A stretch of DNA of 64,000 bases, taken from the NCBI GenBank assembly GCA_963749495.1, contig CAVVMW010000006.1, forward strand, positions 672,001 through 736,000. The letters run 5' to 3'. The notes below the pieces were generated by a model. The model was not told where the DNA came from. It ran no database searches and saw only the letters and a list, made by a program, of their open reading frames with translations. The position numbers and the translations under genes are program-made. The stretch comes from an uncultured bacterium. Lineage in GTDB: Bacteria; Verrucomicrobiota; Verrucomicrobiia; Limisphaerales; UBA8199. Below, in pieces: positions 62,867 to 64,000 of this stretch; position 1 is the stretch's first letter; every line of letters starts with the position of its first letter.

Positions 62867-62941
62867 TTTCGAATGACGCCCGTTGATTGCGCAAGCCGCA
62901 ATCGCCAATCACCAATCGCAACTGAGAAATCCAAGATCGGA

Positions 62942-64000
62942 ATGATCCTCCTGTCCCTCGCCTCCAAACAAATCTGGCCGCAGGTGCTCGCTGTCGCGCA
63001 CCTCAAGCCTGATCACGTATTCCTCCTGCACAGCGAGGACGCGACCGAGTCCAGAGGCCCCGCGCAGCGGCTCAAGCGATTCTTCGACAATTCCGGGCTT
63101 GTCTCCAAAGGCAGCACGCGGCTGGAGCCAATTCCCGATTCGGACTTCGACGCCATCGAGCGCCGACTGGATGATCTCCAGCGGGACCACCAACTTCCGC
63201 TGGCGGATTGCCTGGTGAACTTCACCGGAGGCAACAAGCTCATGGCGACTGCCGCCTTCCGCTGGGCCGCCCGCCACGCCCGCGCTTTCTACCTCGAACG
63301 CCGCAACCAACTCACCTGGTTCACCGCGCCCGACGGCAAAATGGTCACCCGCACCGAACAACTCGACGGCCATCTGACCGACGCTCTTGACCCTGTGGCG
63401 CTCCTGCGGTGCCAACTGGATGCCTCAGAAGTCCAGCGTTCCGGCCAGACGCTCCTCCTCAGTGAGGCTGGCCAGCGCCTGGCCGAGGGTGATTTCTTCC
63501 GCCGCATTCAGAGCGGCAACGACGCCCGCCCGTGGCTACGCGGCAGCGGAGACGCGGATCGTGAGGTGAAAACCGGCGACCCCCTGGAGTTCGCCACTGC
63601 CGCAGTGCTGTTAAGGCTGGGCGTAAAGCGCGTCCAACGCAGCCTGCGGCTCAAAGTGAAGTCGTCGCAGCAGACCGGCACGCGCCTGCCGCACGCGGAG
63701 ATTGATCTGCTATTCACTTGGGGCGGGCGCCTTTGGTTGGTGGATTGCAAAGACCGGAAGTCGGCGGAAAACCTGGCCGACAGCTTGTGCCGAATCCTGC
63801 CGCGGCTTTCGCCTCAGGCGGCTGAACTTCTGCATAGCGTTCGCGACGAACTCTTGATTGGCCAGACCAAAGCGATGAAGGAGGACCTGCTTGCGGTACG
63901 GGAAGCCGGTGGCCTCCTCGGCAACGTGGTCTGCGTGCGCAAAGCGGAGTTGCCCGAGGAAGTTGTCCAATACGCCAGCAACAACGCCATCGCGGTGGTG
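62942..64000 (+). CDS. CARF + PD-(D/E)XK nuclease effector, Card1/Can2 (DUF1887)-like; runs off the window (alternative in-frame start 62873)
   Basis: Manual translation: CARF 'SKQIWPQ' and 'VNFTGGNKLM'; nuclease 'GDPLEF...EIDLLF...LVDCK'; no stop before 64000. Confidence 0.88.
   Translation, partial: MILLSLASKQIWPQVLAVAHLKPDHVFLLHSEDATESRGPAQRLKRFFDNSGLVSKGSTRLEPIPDSDFDAIERRLDDLQRDHQLPLADCLVNFTGGNKLMATAAFRWAARHARAFYLERRNQLTWFTAPDGKMVTRTEQLDGHLTDALDPVALLRCQLDASEVQRSGQTLLLSEAGQRLAEGDFFRRIQSGNDARPWLRGSGDADREVKTGDPLEFATAAVLLRLGVKRVQRSLRLKVKSSQQTGTRLPHAEIDLLFTWGGRLWLVDCKDRKSAENLADSLCRILPRLSPQAAELLHSVRDELLIGQTKAMKEDLLAVREAGGLLGNVVCVRKAELPEEVVQYASNNAIAVV

Overview
High-GC bacterial chromosome segment. 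Gene content and style suggest Verrucomicrobiota (inference). Positions 1-47,000 are mostly housekeeping, metabolic and surface-glycan genes: ABC-2 transporter, APC-USP permease, glycosyltransferases, flippase, TPR protein, lipoate ligase, nth, KamA-type radical SAM, Gfo/Idh/MocA, ThuA, tadA, amidohydrolase, esterase, class II aldolase, putA, MFS, two NarL regulators and a carbamoyltransferase. These genes are interspersed with several REP-like palindrome families and many 7/9/12-mer tandem tracts at gene boundaries. Positions 47,000-64,000 are accessory: a decayed XRE-led island, an IS66-like element carrying a DUF4338 gene, a truncated surface protein, and a type III-B CRISPR effector operon (cas10/cmr2, cmr3, cmr4, cmr5, cmr6, cmr1). 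The operon is followed by two truncated CARF genes, a Phd-VapC toxin-antitoxin pair, an APE2256-family CARF (probable ring nuclease) and a Card1/Can2-like CARF nuclease that runs off the window. No CRISPR array, cas6 or cas1/cas2 is in view. About a dozen otherwise intact genes carry single-base frameshifts, most likely sequencing indels, so fusions and pseudogene calls need caution. All family assignments come from motif recognition, not database searches.
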